Shown piece after piece: positions 1-10,400 of a stretch of DNA of 64,000 nucleotides. The position numbers were made by a program, and so were the translations under genes. Source of the stretch: a virus; the IMG/VR virus record IMGVR_UViG_3300042886_000261, positions 1-64,000 of that record, one strand, 5' to 3'. The first letter of the stretch is position 1; each line of letters starts with the position of its first letter. Below the pieces are notes generated by a model. The model worked only from the letters and a program-made list of their open reading frames with translations. It did not search any database and was not told where the DNA came from.

Positions 1-196
1 TTTTTCCACCAAAAGAAGACAACTGGTATAAAGGCATTTCAACTTTTTGAGCCATAGCCCATAAGTCTACTGGACCTAAATCCATTGGTTCTGCATCTTT
101 TAGCATGTTTTGTAAATGGTAAGAATCTACATGTGAACTAGCATTGTATGCCGTATCACGCAAGAAAATCCCATTATTTAATACTGGAGTTGCCAT
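1..196 (-). CDS. Major capsid protein, crAss-like (5' part only; runs off window)
   Basis: Not in ORF track. ATG at 196 reads MATPVLNNGIFLRDTAYNASSHVDSYHLQNMLKDAEPMDLGPVDLWAMAQKVEMPLYQLSSFGGK, open to the window edge. Position after TerL-portal-acidic gene matches the crAss-like capsid module. Confidence 0.75.
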   Translation of the reverse strand, partial: MATPVLNNGIFLRDTAYNASSHVDSYHLQNMLKDAEPMDLGPVDLWAMAQKVEMPLYQLSSFGGK

Positions 197-231
197 TTGT
201 ATTTATTTATTTGTTTATTTATAATACTTTT

Positions 232-1485
232 TTAAAATCTTTTAAACATGTTGTTACCACCTGTTCTTGAGACTGTGTTATTTGATCCTGTTTTTCTAGT
301 CTGTGCTCTTTCCTCATGTGGAATAGATGAAGCAATTTTTTTACCTTCTTCAGTCTTTAACATTCTTACAGTTTTTTCAGTAGCAAGTTTAGTACCTTGA
401 TCTTTAATCTTATTTTTATACCCTTCTGGATCTGCTAATAGCCAAAGAGCTTCAGCAATAAGATCATGTCTTGGTTCTACAAACTGATACTTCTCTAATA
501 AGTGTCCAAGTAAGTTAGTAGGTTTACCTGATATAGAAGGATAAGCTGGTTGAACTAATCCACTGTATAACATGTTTTGTACTTTCTTATCTAGTTTAAC
601 ACCATCTAATTCACCTACTGATAATACATTATATACATTATCTGTATATACTTTAGCAGCTTGTACTTGTTGTTCCTTTTTGTTTTCCTGTTCTGCAAGT
701 TTTCTAGATACTATCTCTTCTTGCATTCTGTCTAACTTAGGTTTAAACTGTCTAGCTTTTTGTCCTAACTTATCTACATCTGCCCAGTCTTCAATCTCTG
801 ACTCTATTTCTTCTGGTGTACCAAAATTAGTAGCCCAAAGATATTGTCTTGCAATTTCTGCTTGGTGATTCTCATCATCTGCATCAAGTTCAAATACTTC
901 TTCTACTTGAGCAAGAGTTCTGAATAAACCTTTAAGATCTTGTCCACCATCTGCTACATACTTAGCTGCAGTTTTCAATTCATCAGGTAATGCATTAAAG
1001 AAATCTTTAGGAGCTGCCTCTTTAATCTTTCTCTCTTTCTCTTGAAAGTTGGCTTCAAATAACTCTCTAAAGTCTTTAGTAGTATAATCTTCTAAATCTT
1101 TATCATCATCAAATCCAAATAGAGTACCTTCTTCTATCATCTTAGCTGCTAACTCATGAAGACCTGACTTATCTATCTTTGGTCTTCCTTTGTTACCTGC
1201 ATCTTCTTCCTGAGCAATAAGTCCATCTAACTCATCAATAGTTTCTTGGACTTCTTCCTTAGTAATAGTTTGCTCTGCCGTATCTGGTTTACTTGTTACA
1301 CCAGTTTTGCTGTCAAGGAACTCATAATCAGTTTTTTTATCCTTAGTAAAAAGAGATTTCTTTTCCTCTTCTTCTTCTGGTAGCATCACGTTTTCTGCCC
1401 CAGGCATTCCAAATAATTCATCCAAGTTTACATCTACTTGTGATACAGTAGTGTTTTCTTGAGTTGTTTGTTCTTCAGTATTCAT
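232..1485 (-). CDS. Conserved crAss-like protein between portal and MCP (acidic, scaffold-like)
   Basis: 417 aa, very acidic N-terminus, coiled-coil C-half; synteny portal-X-MCP. Confidence 0.65.
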   Translation of the reverse strand: MNTEEQTTQENTTVSQVDVNLDELFGMPGAENVMLPEEEEEKKSLFTKDKKTDYEFLDSKTGVTSKPDTAEQTITKEEVQETIDELDGLIAQEEDAGNKGRPKIDKSGLHELAAKMIEEGTLFGFDDDKDLEDYTTKDFRELFEANFQEKERKIKEAAPKDFFNALPDELKTAAKYVADGGQDLKGLFRTLAQVEEVFELDADDENHQAEIARQYLWATNFGTPEEIESEIEDWADVDKLGQKARQFKPKLDRMQEEIVSRKLAEQENKKEQQVQAAKVYTDNVYNVLSVGELDGVKLDKKVQNMLYSGLVQPAYPSISGKPTNLLGHLLEKYQFVEPRHDLIAEALWLLADPEGYKNKIKDQGTKLATEKTVRMLKTEEGKKIASSIPHEERAQTRKTGSNNTVSRTGGNNMFKRF

Positions 1486-1598
1486 ATGTTGGTCTTTATG
1501 TTACTATAAATAATATAACTATTTTAATGCAAATAAACTTCAAAAATTTAGAATAGTGCAATTTTATTTTTTCATTTTTGGCATTATATGGCTAAGTA

Positions 1599-4349
1599 TT
1601 ATTTTTTGTTATCAGATTTTCCTTTAACATCAAATTTATTTTTGTTTTCTCTAGCTATTTGCAATTGTTTATCAGCAATATTTTGTTGAACCATGAGTTT
1701 TTCTCTCTCTAATCCTGCTTTTTGATTATTGCTAGAAGTCCTATTAGATTCTTTTTGTCTCTCTAAACTCATTTGACTAGTAAACTGTTCTGAGTTTTGT
1801 ATTTCTCTTAGAGTATCATTGTAATCAGATTGTTGATTTTGATTAATATCTTGTGTAGCACCAAACCCAGCGGATCTAATTTCAGCAACAAGGATATCTC
1901 TCTGTCTATCTTTTTCTCCTCTAATGTCTTCTGAATCTCTTTTAAGTTTTTCATCTTCCGCTCTTGCTTTTAATGCTTGATCTTGCATGTCTTGTTGATG
2001 TTTCATTTCTGCATCTTTCTGTGCTTTAACTTTTTGCTCAGAATCTTTAAGTACACTATTTAATTCAGATATACTTTCTGACTGCATTAATTTTCCTAAG
2101 TCATATATTGAAGCTCCTGTAGTATTATTAGATATTGCCATGTTTTTCAATTGCTCTAATACTGCTCTATAGTTAGCTTTAGTAGTTGCAAATATATTAA
2201 GATCTCTCATTAATAAATCTGTACCATTAATCTGGAAGTTTACTTTTTCATCTGCAGAAGTCATATATGATAACCTAGCAGAAGGTTTAGTAGATTGATA
2301 AAACTGTGCAAGATCTGTTCTCATCTGATGTACTCTTGGCATTAAGTAATCTGAGTGTTGTATAAAGTACATTTCTGTTTGAGCATAAGATGATCCAACT
2401 GCTTGTTCTACACCTGTTGCAGTTTGTTGAGATAACTGCTGACCCATTCTTTGTGGATTAATACCTATAACTTCATATGCTTGTTGTTTCATATATGTAG
2501 CTAATTGTATTCTTGACATTAACCTATTAGTCTGTTCTAGGTCTAATTTCTGAAAGTGTTGGAAGTTAAGAGCATTCTCTGTATTAGTAATACTGGTATC
2601 TAAAGGAAGCATCTGAAAATTCTTCATTGCTACATAAGCTTTAGCTAAATTGTTTTTACCCCAGTCTTCACCCATAGAGTGTCTTGGTAATGCATTCTGA
2701 TCTAATAAGATAACTGTACCTAACTCATCTACTAAGATATCTGCTATTTGATTATTAACAATGTTATATCCTATCTGGAAAGGTTTCATTAAATCTATTA
2801 ATGCAGTTGACTTAGTATTTCTATCTGAGAATACTGCACCTTCTACTGGTAGTTTACATCCGTATAAACTATTATCACCTTTAAATTGAAATCTAAGTGG
2901 TCCTATATTTTGTTTATCAACACCAATATATATAGGAGTAAATCCACCAGGGTTATTCATACCCCAAAAAGAAGGAATATTTGGTCCAACTTTAATACCA
3001 CCCCATACCTCATTAATCCAAATCCAGTCTATATGCTCACCATATACAATATTGTCTTTAGTTTTATTTTTAAAGAGTCTTGTATCATACACGGGTGAGT
3101 CTGTTACTTTATAGTCTTCAGTAATAATTTCTGTAATTACTTCACCTGAGTCAGTAACTTTAGTTAAGTGACCTACTTTTCTTTGAGATTTCCAATATGC
3201 TGTAGTACAACGTAATAGATATGCAGTACCTTGATCATAATAATCTTCTCCTTCTCTAAGTATGTAATTAACAATATCTCCTCCGTTGAATATACTATTA
3301 GCTGCTGCAGTAGAATATTGTCTGAATCCTAATGAAGGCATATTAGTATTCCACTCATGTGATTTAGTAGCATCATAAAATGATCCGTCATTCTGAGTAC
3401 CACCAATATTATATCCTGCAGATCTGATAGGATAGATAGCTTCTAATGATGCCATCTGATCTTCATTCATCATATATCCATACTTGTCAATAACATCTGC
3501 TACTGTAAGCATGTCAGTTTTACCAACCCAGTTAGATTGTGATATGTATCTTGCATCAGGAGACTTATGATAAAATGTTAATACAGGATTCCATAATTCT
3601 ACATCATAATCATCTTCCATCATACGCATGTGCCAGAACTCTCTATCAGTAATAAGCATATCTCTGAAACCTCTTTCTTCTAACTCATCCATTCTGAATC
3701 TTTCAGTATCAACTTCATGTTGATGAGTAGCCCATTGTTCTACTATAGATCTATAATCTTTTTTAAAGAATTTTTCTATTTCAGGTAGTGTTTTAAGTTT
3801 TTCTGGATTTAATTTTTCTTGTGCTTCTGGAGATTCTGGATTAAGACCTTGTTCAATTAATGCAGATGTTATCTTCATCTGTGCATCTTGCATTAAGGTG
3901 TCTTCTACCATTTGTCTTTTTTGCTCCATCATATCATTATATGATCCTTCATCAACAGCACGGTAAGATAATTTACTTGATCTTTTAGCAAACTCAGCTA
4001 CAAGAACATTAATTACATTGGGTATAATTGGATAAAATTTAAGTTCAAGTGCAGAAGAATCTTCTTTAGTAAGAGTCTCAATTATATCTCTATAATCATT
4101 ATCTTCCTCTACAATGTAGTCAGACTTATCAATAACACCTTTAGCTAACTTATAATTTTTCATTAACCTACGGGCATTTCTCTTAATCTGTTTAAGACCA
4201 TTCCACTCTAACCAGTCAAGATTCCAAGCTGCCCACTTATCATCTTTTTCTGCTTTAGGAATAAACTGTAAAGGTTGAGTTATACTACCTAACCTGTTGT
4301 GTTCTGTCTTTGCTCCTTTTTTTAACTGTAGTGCATTATATACTTGCAT
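1599..4349 (-). CDS. Portal protein (crAss-like)
   Basis: 916 aa directly downstream of TerL; YPIIPNVINVLVAE and LMKPFQIGYN segments and a long C-terminal coiled coil typical of crAss-like portals. Confidence 0.85.
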   Translation of the reverse strand: MQVYNALQLKKGAKTEHNRLGSITQPLQFIPKAEKDDKWAAWNLDWLEWNGLKQIKRNARRLMKNYKLAKGVIDKSDYIVEEDNDYRDIIETLTKEDSSALELKFYPIIPNVINVLVAEFAKRSSKLSYRAVDEGSYNDMMEQKRQMVEDTLMQDAQMKITSALIEQGLNPESPEAQEKLNPEKLKTLPEIEKFFKKDYRSIVEQWATHQHEVDTERFRMDELEERGFRDMLITDREFWHMRMMEDDYDVELWNPVLTFYHKSPDARYISQSNWVGKTDMLTVADVIDKYGYMMNEDQMASLEAIYPIRSAGYNIGGTQNDGSFYDATKSHEWNTNMPSLGFRQYSTAAANSIFNGGDIVNYILREGEDYYDQGTAYLLRCTTAYWKSQRKVGHLTKVTDSGEVITEIITEDYKVTDSPVYDTRLFKNKTKDNIVYGEHIDWIWINEVWGGIKVGPNIPSFWGMNNPGGFTPIYIGVDKQNIGPLRFQFKGDNSLYGCKLPVEGAVFSDRNTKSTALIDLMKPFQIGYNIVNNQIADILVDELGTVILLDQNALPRHSMGEDWGKNNLAKAYVAMKNFQMLPLDTSITNTENALNFQHFQKLDLEQTNRLMSRIQLATYMKQQAYEVIGINPQRMGQQLSQQTATGVEQAVGSSYAQTEMYFIQHSDYLMPRVHQMRTDLAQFYQSTKPSARLSYMTSADEKVNFQINGTDLLMRDLNIFATTKANYRAVLEQLKNMAISNNTTGASIYDLGKLMQSESISELNSVLKDSEQKVKAQKDAEMKHQQDMQDQALKARAEDEKLKRDSEDIRGEKDRQRDILVAEIRSAGFGATQDINQNQQSDYNDTLREIQNSEQFTSQMSLERQKESNRTSSNNQKAGLEREKLMVQQNIADKQLQIARENKNKFDVKGKSDNKK

Positions 4350-4355
4350 ATTCTT

Positions 4356-6566
4356 TTATTTTAAATTTTTAAATGGTGATCTGTTAAATTTTTGATTTTC
4401 ACCTAATCCACTTCTACCCATATGTCTAAAAGGACTACTCTTTAAGGTATACAAATTTTTTGAATTTTCCAATTTTTTACTTGCCTCATCTCTTACAATT
4501 CTTTTTGTATAACCCATATTAGCTTGTTGGATTTTAAGAAATGAAACTAATGCAGAAAAAGCTACTAACCTATCCACGTTGAGTCCATCTTGATAAGCCT
4601 GCATTTCTTTCATTAACATTATATCCGGTATTCTTTCTACACCATAATGTATCTTTACAGTAGTACCATCATCTTTCTGTATATGATCTATCTCTTCAGT
4701 TAAGAAATCTTGAGTATAACTGATCATATGATTCTTAAATAGTACTCCTGTATTTCTCCATCCGTATTCCTGGAATACATTTGCATTAGAACCTAAATCT
4801 TTTAAGAATACTATTTTGTTTCTTGGTACCAGATATCTTTGTTTCTTTCTTGATATCATGTGGTTTATAAATTGAGATATATTATTCTCTACTATAGTCC
4901 ATGCATTATACCATTCTATTATTAACTCTAGTCTCTCATGTGTTTTATTGATATCATCAAACCTTCCACACCATGCTGCTACAATTTTATCTCTTTCTAT
5001 AAATGTCTCAGCCTCACCATTAGTAACCTTAGTTACTTCAACTGGAGCTTTCATTATATATATGGAACATAGTGAGTCTGAGGTAGTTGTCTTTCCTTCT
5101 GCAACAGGGTCAATACTACCATAGTACATACCAAATGTAGGATCTGGTACTGGTCTTTCCCATACTACTAATGTACCTGTTTTATCTTCTGTCTTCTTAG
5201 ATATAGGGAATTCTGCTATTGGTAATTTATTAGTAGCTTTTACTTTTACTTTACCGGTTTCATCTCTAGATATATCAAGAAACTCTGAAGAGTATTCTTT
5301 TTCTTCTATTCTTTTTATCTGAGCATTTACAAGATGTGGTGGGAATTTAGCCTCTTTTCTAAATGCAAATGCCTCTTCTATATTTCTTGGATGCTGAGAT
5401 ACCTCAAGTTGATAATCTTTAGGTTCTTTATTTTTCTTGATTTCCTCAAAGTATTCATCTAAAGCAATTAATGCTTCTTGGACAAGTGAATTACCATAGT
5501 CATCTATATATGGTGGCATAGACCATTGTTCCGGTATAAACAATCCTGATTCTCCCCATGTATTATCTTTATCAATTAGATTAGTTTTAACTGGGTATAT
5601 ATCATTACTAATTGGATCAAGTATCATTTTCTTTAAAGGACCACATTGATCAAGATCCCCTACTGATCCTGCAGCAATAAATAATCCTGTAGTAATCATA
5701 CCAGACTTAAGTGCTGGCTTGATATATCCAAAAGTTGTATCCATCTTGGGAGCAATTCCTGCTTCCTCATGAAAGAAGAACTTAACTGGACCCCCTACAC
5801 CATTTGTTGGATCTTTCTCAAAAGACATACCTTGCATAGTACCTTTAAGTCCTATTTCAGCTTTTCTATCACCTTTTCTTATTTCAATTTTTTGTTGCCA
5901 CATCATTATTTTATCTGGAGACATAGGTCTATACCATGCAGTATGTTCATTTAAGAATGCTGCATACTCAGATAAAAACTTCCATGTACCTTTCTCATTG
6001 ATGTAATCTTTAAGTGAGGCACCCATTTTTAATGTGACCCCTGCTTCAAACCATAACTGATTAATGAGTTTACCTGCATGAAAGTATGAACTAGCTATCT
6101 GTCTTTTTTTAAGAATAGCCACGTGCATGTAGTTTATCTCTGCAAGTATCTCATATAAAGCCATGTGATATTGTGCATCTCTTATCTTAGCAAATCCAAA
6201 CTTTTGCTCTTCCTTATCAAAGATAGGTAAGAAGTTTAACCACATATAATAATCTCTTGTAAGGAACCAGGTTTTAGGTCCTGATTTAATTATTACACCT
6301 AATCTGCATTTAGCTTTTTGGTCTTCCCAATAGTTAATAAAATCTTTAGATTTAAAGGGAGCTACACAATATACTTTATCTATATTGAATTTTGTTGATT
6401 CAGATATAAATATTTTATTACTAACATCATCAAATTCATATTCACCTGGCTCTTTAAATAATGCAAACACAAACTCACCAAATTCTTTTCTTGTATCAAA
6501 AGATGTAGTAGTCCATGTTCCATTATCCCAGGTGGGGATATCCGTGTACATATTTTCCATAATCAA
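4356..6566 (-). CDS. terL: Terminase large subunit
   Basis: ATPase motif LKKRQIASS, Walker B FFHEEAG, nuclease-domain GSIDP and DRLVAF; adjacent to portal. Confidence 0.92.
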   Translation of the reverse strand: MIMENMYTDIPTWDNGTWTTTSFDTRKEFGEFVFALFKEPGEYEFDDVSNKIFISESTKFNIDKVYCVAPFKSKDFINYWEDQKAKCRLGVIIKSGPKTWFLTRDYYMWLNFLPIFDKEEQKFGFAKIRDAQYHMALYEILAEINYMHVAILKKRQIASSYFHAGKLINQLWFEAGVTLKMGASLKDYINEKGTWKFLSEYAAFLNEHTAWYRPMSPDKIMMWQQKIEIRKGDRKAEIGLKGTMQGMSFEKDPTNGVGGPVKFFFHEEAGIAPKMDTTFGYIKPALKSGMITTGLFIAAGSVGDLDQCGPLKKMILDPISNDIYPVKTNLIDKDNTWGESGLFIPEQWSMPPYIDDYGNSLVQEALIALDEYFEEIKKNKEPKDYQLEVSQHPRNIEEAFAFRKEAKFPPHLVNAQIKRIEEKEYSSEFLDISRDETGKVKVKATNKLPIAEFPISKKTEDKTGTLVVWERPVPDPTFGMYYGSIDPVAEGKTTTSDSLCSIYIMKAPVEVTKVTNGEAETFIERDKIVAAWCGRFDDINKTHERLELIIEWYNAWTIVENNISQFINHMISRKKQRYLVPRNKIVFLKDLGSNANVFQEYGWRNTGVLFKNHMISYTQDFLTEEIDHIQKDDGTTVKIHYGVERIPDIMLMKEMQAYQDGLNVDRLVAFSALVSFLKIQQANMGYTKRIVRDEASKKLENSKNLYTLKSSPFRHMGRSGLGENQKFNRSPFKNLK

Positions 6567-7078
6567 CTATCATAAGATAAACCAATTCCTCCTCTAACTT
6601 TACTAGATTGTTCTTCCTGTAAATCTTTATATACTCCTTTAAAAGAAGCTCTAATAAGATCAAAGTTCTTTGCTGCAGCAACTAATGAATTTATATTACC
6701 ATCTCTTCCTGCAGTAATTGGAGTAGTCTCCATATATCTAGCTAATCTATCTAACATAGATGCCATACCTTTATATGCTCTATATGTAGGAGTCTCATAT
6801 AATCTTTGACAGAATACTAATGCTTGATATATTGTTTTATCTTCAGTAGAAAATTCAGCTTTTATTTCAGCTAGAATTAAATCTTCTTTATCTATCTCTG
6901 GTGTGTGAAAGAATGGATTCATATCAGGATTAGGACATGTCATATAAAACAAGTACTGATATATCTTAATGTAGTTTTCCGGATATTCATCCATAACATC
7001 CTTAAGTGCATGTAGGGTATAACAATGTTCAGTTGGTATTACTACATTATTTTGTACATCAAATAATTTTATTAACAT
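6563..7078 (-). CDS. Conserved protein immediately upstream of TerL (candidate small terminase/packaging accessory)
   Basis: Overlaps TerL start; helical; function inferred from position only. Confidence 0.45.
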   Translation of the reverse strand: MLIKLFDVQNNVVIPTEHCYTLHALKDVMDEYPENYIKIYQYLFYMTCPNPDMNPFFHTPEIDKEDLILAEIKAEFSTEDKTIYQALVFCQRLYETPTYRAYKGMASMLDRLARYMETTPITAGRDGNINSLVAAAKNFDLIRASFKGVYKDLQEEQSSKVRGGIGLSYDS

Positions 7079-7079
7079 G

Positions 7080-7373
7080 TTAAAAAGGATTTATTACTTT
7101 TGGTTTAGATTTTATTTTAAATAGTTTTTTAAAACCATCAATAAATCCTGTAGCAAGATAAGGATTAAGAAATAAATGATCATTGTTAACTACAACATAT
7201 CCTTTTAAATATTCTTCTTCAATTTCTGAATAGTTTTTACCTAGTTTTTGATTAGGTTTAATCTTTACAAGTATCTTACCTTTATATCTAAATAATACTA
7301 AGCCTGAATAACCTAATATAATTGTTCTACCTGGATAGTTCTTGTCATAATGTCTTATTTCATAAAATTTCAT
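7080..7373 (-). CDS. Hypothetical protein
   Basis: 97 aa ORF tightly packed in operon. Confidence 0.6.
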   Translation of the reverse strand: MKFYEIRHYDKNYPGRTIILGYSGLVLFRYKGKILVKIKPNQKLGKNYSEIEEEYLKGYVVVNNDHLFLNPYLATGFIDGFKKLFKIKSKPKVINPF

Positions 7374-7375
7374 AA

Positions 7376-8182
7376 TTATAAGTTTTTAATTATTGCTATA
7401 ACTTCTTCTTTTAAATATGGTATTTCCATTGGTATTACTTGTTTAATTTCTGGATCTCCTTGATCAGTATATTTAGTAATAGGATATCCCCATTCATCTA
7501 CTCCATCTAAGTCAAATGTAACATGATGTATAAACAATTTACCCGGTTTTAATTTTGGGTTATGCTTTAACATAATATACATATATATACTTAATTGTAG
7601 TGCATAGTGGTTAAAATTACAGTCATCCAAATGTGATACAGGTTCCTGTAATTTGTCACTAATCCCATCCCAATCCTTATATGATTCAACATCAATCTTC
7701 TTATTTGTCTTGTAATCAATGATATTTATCCTATCATTAACTACTTCTACTAAATCTGATTGACCACATATACCTGCAGACTTTAAATAAACCATATGTT
7801 CAGGATATACACCTTGTTCTAATTTTTGAGAAGGAGCATACTTTAAATTGTTTACTTCAGGTACCGGAGTTATTATTGGTATTATCACACCATCTACTTC
7901 CAATGAAGATAGACTGCATAGATCTGATTCTCTTTGGTTATGATAAAAGGTCCCTAATGATGTAGCTCTTAGTGCTTCACTATCCCAGATTTCAATTATC
8001 TTTTCTGGTGCTATACCAAACCATTTTGATTTTTTTTGTTTGGAGCATTTAGCAGCTACTTTAACTTTATCAAATGGCTTTTTTAATTTTGATATAAGAC
8101 TTGTTACACTAGTCCATTTGATAGATTCTTCACCTTCAATACTAGTATAACTATGATCATCTGCTTTAAATACTATACTCAT
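7376..8182 (-). CDS. PD-(D/E)XK (RecB/Cas4-like) nuclease
   Basis: SVT...GTFYH...GQSDL...IIDYKTNK...YALQLSIY motifs. Confidence 0.85.
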   Translation of the reverse strand: MSIVFKADDHSYTSIEGEESIKWTSVTSLISKLKKPFDKVKVAAKCSKQKKSKWFGIAPEKIIEIWDSEALRATSLGTFYHNQRESDLCSLSSLEVDGVIIPIITPVPEVNNLKYAPSQKLEQGVYPEHMVYLKSAGICGQSDLVEVVNDRINIIDYKTNKKIDVESYKDWDGISDKLQEPVSHLDDCNFNHYALQLSIYMYIMLKHNPKLKPGKLFIHHVTFDLDGVDEWGYPITKYTDQGDPEIKQVIPMEIPYLKEEVIAIIKNL

Positions 8183-8184
8183 TT

Positions 8185-8484
8185 TTATAATTTTTCTAGT
8201 TTATCTTCATCTTCTTCTGTGATAACTGCTTTCCATCTTAAGTCTGGACAGTCTGATGATAATGATCTTGTTTTAAATGTAAGTGAGCATCCGCATAAAT
8301 TACAACATGGTTGCGTCCCTGGCATTACACATGATTTACCTTTAGTATCTTTTCTTACACACACATTACATAACTCCATTCTGTCTGCTGCAATTTTTTC
8401 TACAAAGGCATCTCTTATTACAGAGTTCTTAATACCCTCCATAATCTGTTTTCTATTGTTCCAAATTTCCTTTAGCTTTACCAT
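8185..8484 (-). CDS. Cys-rich zinc-binding protein
   Basis: RxxxCxxC...CxxCGC.L..K.R.....CP...W pattern common in phages. Confidence 0.65.
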   Translation of the reverse strand: MVKLKEIWNNRKQIMEGIKNSVIRDAFVEKIAADRMELCNVCVRKDTKGKSCVMPGTQPCCNLCGCSLTFKTRSLSSDCPDLRWKAVITEEDEDKLEKL

Positions 8485-8842
8485 CTGCTTTATCCTTTAA
8501 AAATTTATCTTTAATTTCTTTATCTGTTTTTAGCATTTTATCTACTTTCTCTAATAATATAACTTTAGCTTCTATTCTTTTCTTATAGTTATAATTGGCC
8601 ATAGTATCAGTATTTAGTGTTTCAATACTATTATGATACTTGTCCAAGAGTGCAGTAACTAATCTAGGTTTAATTGACATGATTCCTAAACCATCTAAGT
8701 TTATTCTGATATGATTTAACTCAGTTAAATTTTTTCTTATCTCTTTATAGTAGAAAGTCATGAAATTATCTACAAGTGTTTCTGAGACATTTAAATCTTC
8801 AGCAACTTGTTTATATAATATATTAGGTTTTTTTGGAATCAT
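8453..8842 (-). CDS. HU/IHF-like DNA-binding protein
   Basis: YKQVAEDLNVSETLV...INLDGLGIMSI resembles the HU/IHF fold; IHF homologues are typical of crAss-like capsid modules. Confidence 0.6.
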   Translation of the reverse strand: MIPKKPNILYKQVAEDLNVSETLVDNFMTFYYKEIRKNLTELNHIRINLDGLGIMSIKPRLVTALLDKYHNSIETLNTDTMANYNYKKRIEAKVILLEKVDKMLKTDKEIKDKFLKDKADGKAKGNLEQ

Positions 8843-9201
8843 CTTCCTAGAAATTTATAATCTAATAATATATCTCCTTCTGTTTGTACTTGCAAGGTAG
8901 GATTTAATCTGATAAGTTTTTTATCTACATCATCTTTAATTACTAACATTGTCTTCATTGCTTTATTAACCGCATTTCTAACTGTTTGTGGAGACTTAAA
9001 TATCATCTGTTCATCAGAAGAAGCATCATAACAAAAATGAGTTAATTCAATAGGTCCTGACATGCTCAATAATGTTAAACAGTTTAAGTCAGAATCACTC
9101 ACCACTATATGATTAATATAGCAGTGAGATAATATCTGAAACTTAACAATTTCCCATTTTGGCATTACAGCACGTTTCTGTACTTGATTTACTAATGCCA
9201 T
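8839..9201 (-). CDS. Hypothetical protein (possible winged-helix DNA-binding)
   Basis: FKSPQTVRNAVNK helix-like motif; operon packing. Confidence 0.5.
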   Translation of the reverse strand: MALVNQVQKRAVMPKWEIVKFQILSHCYINHIVVSDSDLNCLTLLSMSGPIELTHFCYDASSDEQMIFKSPQTVRNAVNKAMKTMLVIKDDVDKKLIRLNPTLQVQTEGDILLDYKFLGR

Positions 9202-9207
9202 AAGTTC

Positions 9208-9483
9208 CTATTGAGTTTTAAGTTTTCTTTCTTGTTCTGGTGTTGGTGCATCAATTTCTTCTTCACCTTCAGTAGGTGGGTTCATCATCATTGCAAGTTG
9301 ATAGTTAATACTTGTTCTTTTGAATCTAGCCTCATCAATTTCACATAGTACTTTCTCATACTCTAATTGTGCTGTTAAATAAGGAATTGATTCTGTGTAA
9401 AATTTAAGCATATCAGCCTTTCTTTCTGCTAATTCTTCTGCTGTTAATTCTACTTCTTCTTGATGTTGGTTTTCTGTACTCAT
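9208..9483 (-). CDS. Hypothetical acidic coiled-coil protein
   Basis: 91 aa; preceded by a TATATTTG promoter motif at 9507-9514. Confidence 0.65.
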   Translation of the reverse strand: MSTENQHQEEVELTAEELAERKADMLKFYTESIPYLTAQLEYEKVLCEIDEARFKRTSINYQLAMMMNPPTEGEEEIDAPTPEQERKLKTQ

Positions 9484-9506
9484 GATATATATTTTATATG
9501 TTTACG

Positions 9507-9514
9507 CAAATATA
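9507..9514 (-). promoter_or_regulatory. Bacteroidota sigma-A -7 element (TAnnTTTG)
   Basis: Minus strand TATATTTG about 25 nt upstream of ORF 9483; same motif at 24502-24509, 24797-24804 (TATCTTTG), 24887-24894 and 25035-25042. Confidence 0.6.
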
Positions 9515-9544
9515 CAAAATAAGTTTAAACTTCTAGTATTTAAA

Positions 9545-9578
9545 ATAAAAAACTCAGATACGTTAATTACCTGAGTTC
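9545..9578 (-). terminator. Intrinsic terminator after lysis operon
   Basis: aactcag/ctgagtt inverted repeat followed by a U-run on the minus strand. Confidence 0.55.
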
Positions 9579-9599
9579 TAAATTATAGATGCGTAGTTA

Positions 9600-9758
9600 T
9601 TATCTATTTTTAATTGTAAAGTTTAATATAGTCAACATATAAAAATTTCTATCTATATCAAATTCAATAGTGAATAAGTCTAAAGCTCCAAGACGGATTC
9701 TTACACAGGCTTTATCCCATTGTTTATTCTTTATTTTCCAGGCATTTCTTAATTTCAT
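9600..9758 (-). CDS. Small hypothetical protein (52 aa)
   Basis: Not in ORF track; MKLRNAWKIKNKQWDK...TIKNR*, start overlaps the stop of 9755..10357. Confidence 0.6.
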   Translation of the reverse strand: MKLRNAWKIKNKQWDKACVRIRLGALDLFTIEFDIDRNFYMLTILNFTIKNR

Positions 9759-10357
9759 ACTGCTACTATATCTTTAGATTCAATTAATGTGTAAGAGAAT
9801 TTGTTACCATGTATTTTTGCTGCTATTCTACAGATCTTCATGAACTCATCAAAGTCTTTTACTCTTTTAAATACTTGACATCCTTCTGACCAGTTCTCTA
9901 CCCATGTAGAATCTTGACCTGCTTTGTGGATATTAATACCAAACATACCATTATCTCTAGTTATATCATCAAAGGTCATGTCTTTATTATTATCTCTAAA
10001 GATTGCTACAGCACCATTTCTTTGACATAGGGCTTCATATTTACCTTGATGCTTATCAATAGACCATACACCTCTGTATTGTCCAGGAATAAGTCTTGCT
10101 ACACCTTTAGGATTATGATACTGCATTACACCTTTTTTACCTGGTTCAGTTGTATTCATCCATTCATGGTATTGCCATATACCTTTATCATCTTTATATG
10201 ATATTGTGATAACATCATCAAATACATTAGTAACTTTTCTACCAGTAGCACTATTACGTACTCCTACTATATTAACATCATAACTTTTGTTTGCTGCATC
10301 CTCAAACCACTTGTAGCCTTTAGAGTTAACTGCATTTCTTATTTGACTTAATATCAT
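9755..10357 (-). CDS. L,D-transpeptidase (YkuD)-like cell-wall enzyme / endolysin
   Basis: GINIH...WSEGCQV (H...S.GC) catalytic signature; lysis-cluster context. Confidence 0.65.
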   Translation of the reverse strand: MILSQIRNAVNSKGYKWFEDAANKSYDVNIVGVRNSATGRKVTNVFDDVITISYKDDKGIWQYHEWMNTTEPGKKGVMQYHNPKGVARLIPGQYRGVWSIDKHQGKYEALCQRNGAVAIFRDNNKDMTFDDITRDNGMFGINIHKAGQDSTWVENWSEGCQVFKRVKDFDEFMKICRIAAKIHGNKFSYTLIESKDIVAV

Positions 10358-10400
10358 AACTTATTATTTATTGGTTAAACCTGATTATAAAAATACAAAT

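Noticed and set aside
4356-6566. Intron/intein in TerL (also checked PolB and DnaB)
   Set aside because: ORFs are continuous, of expected size and lack intein termini.
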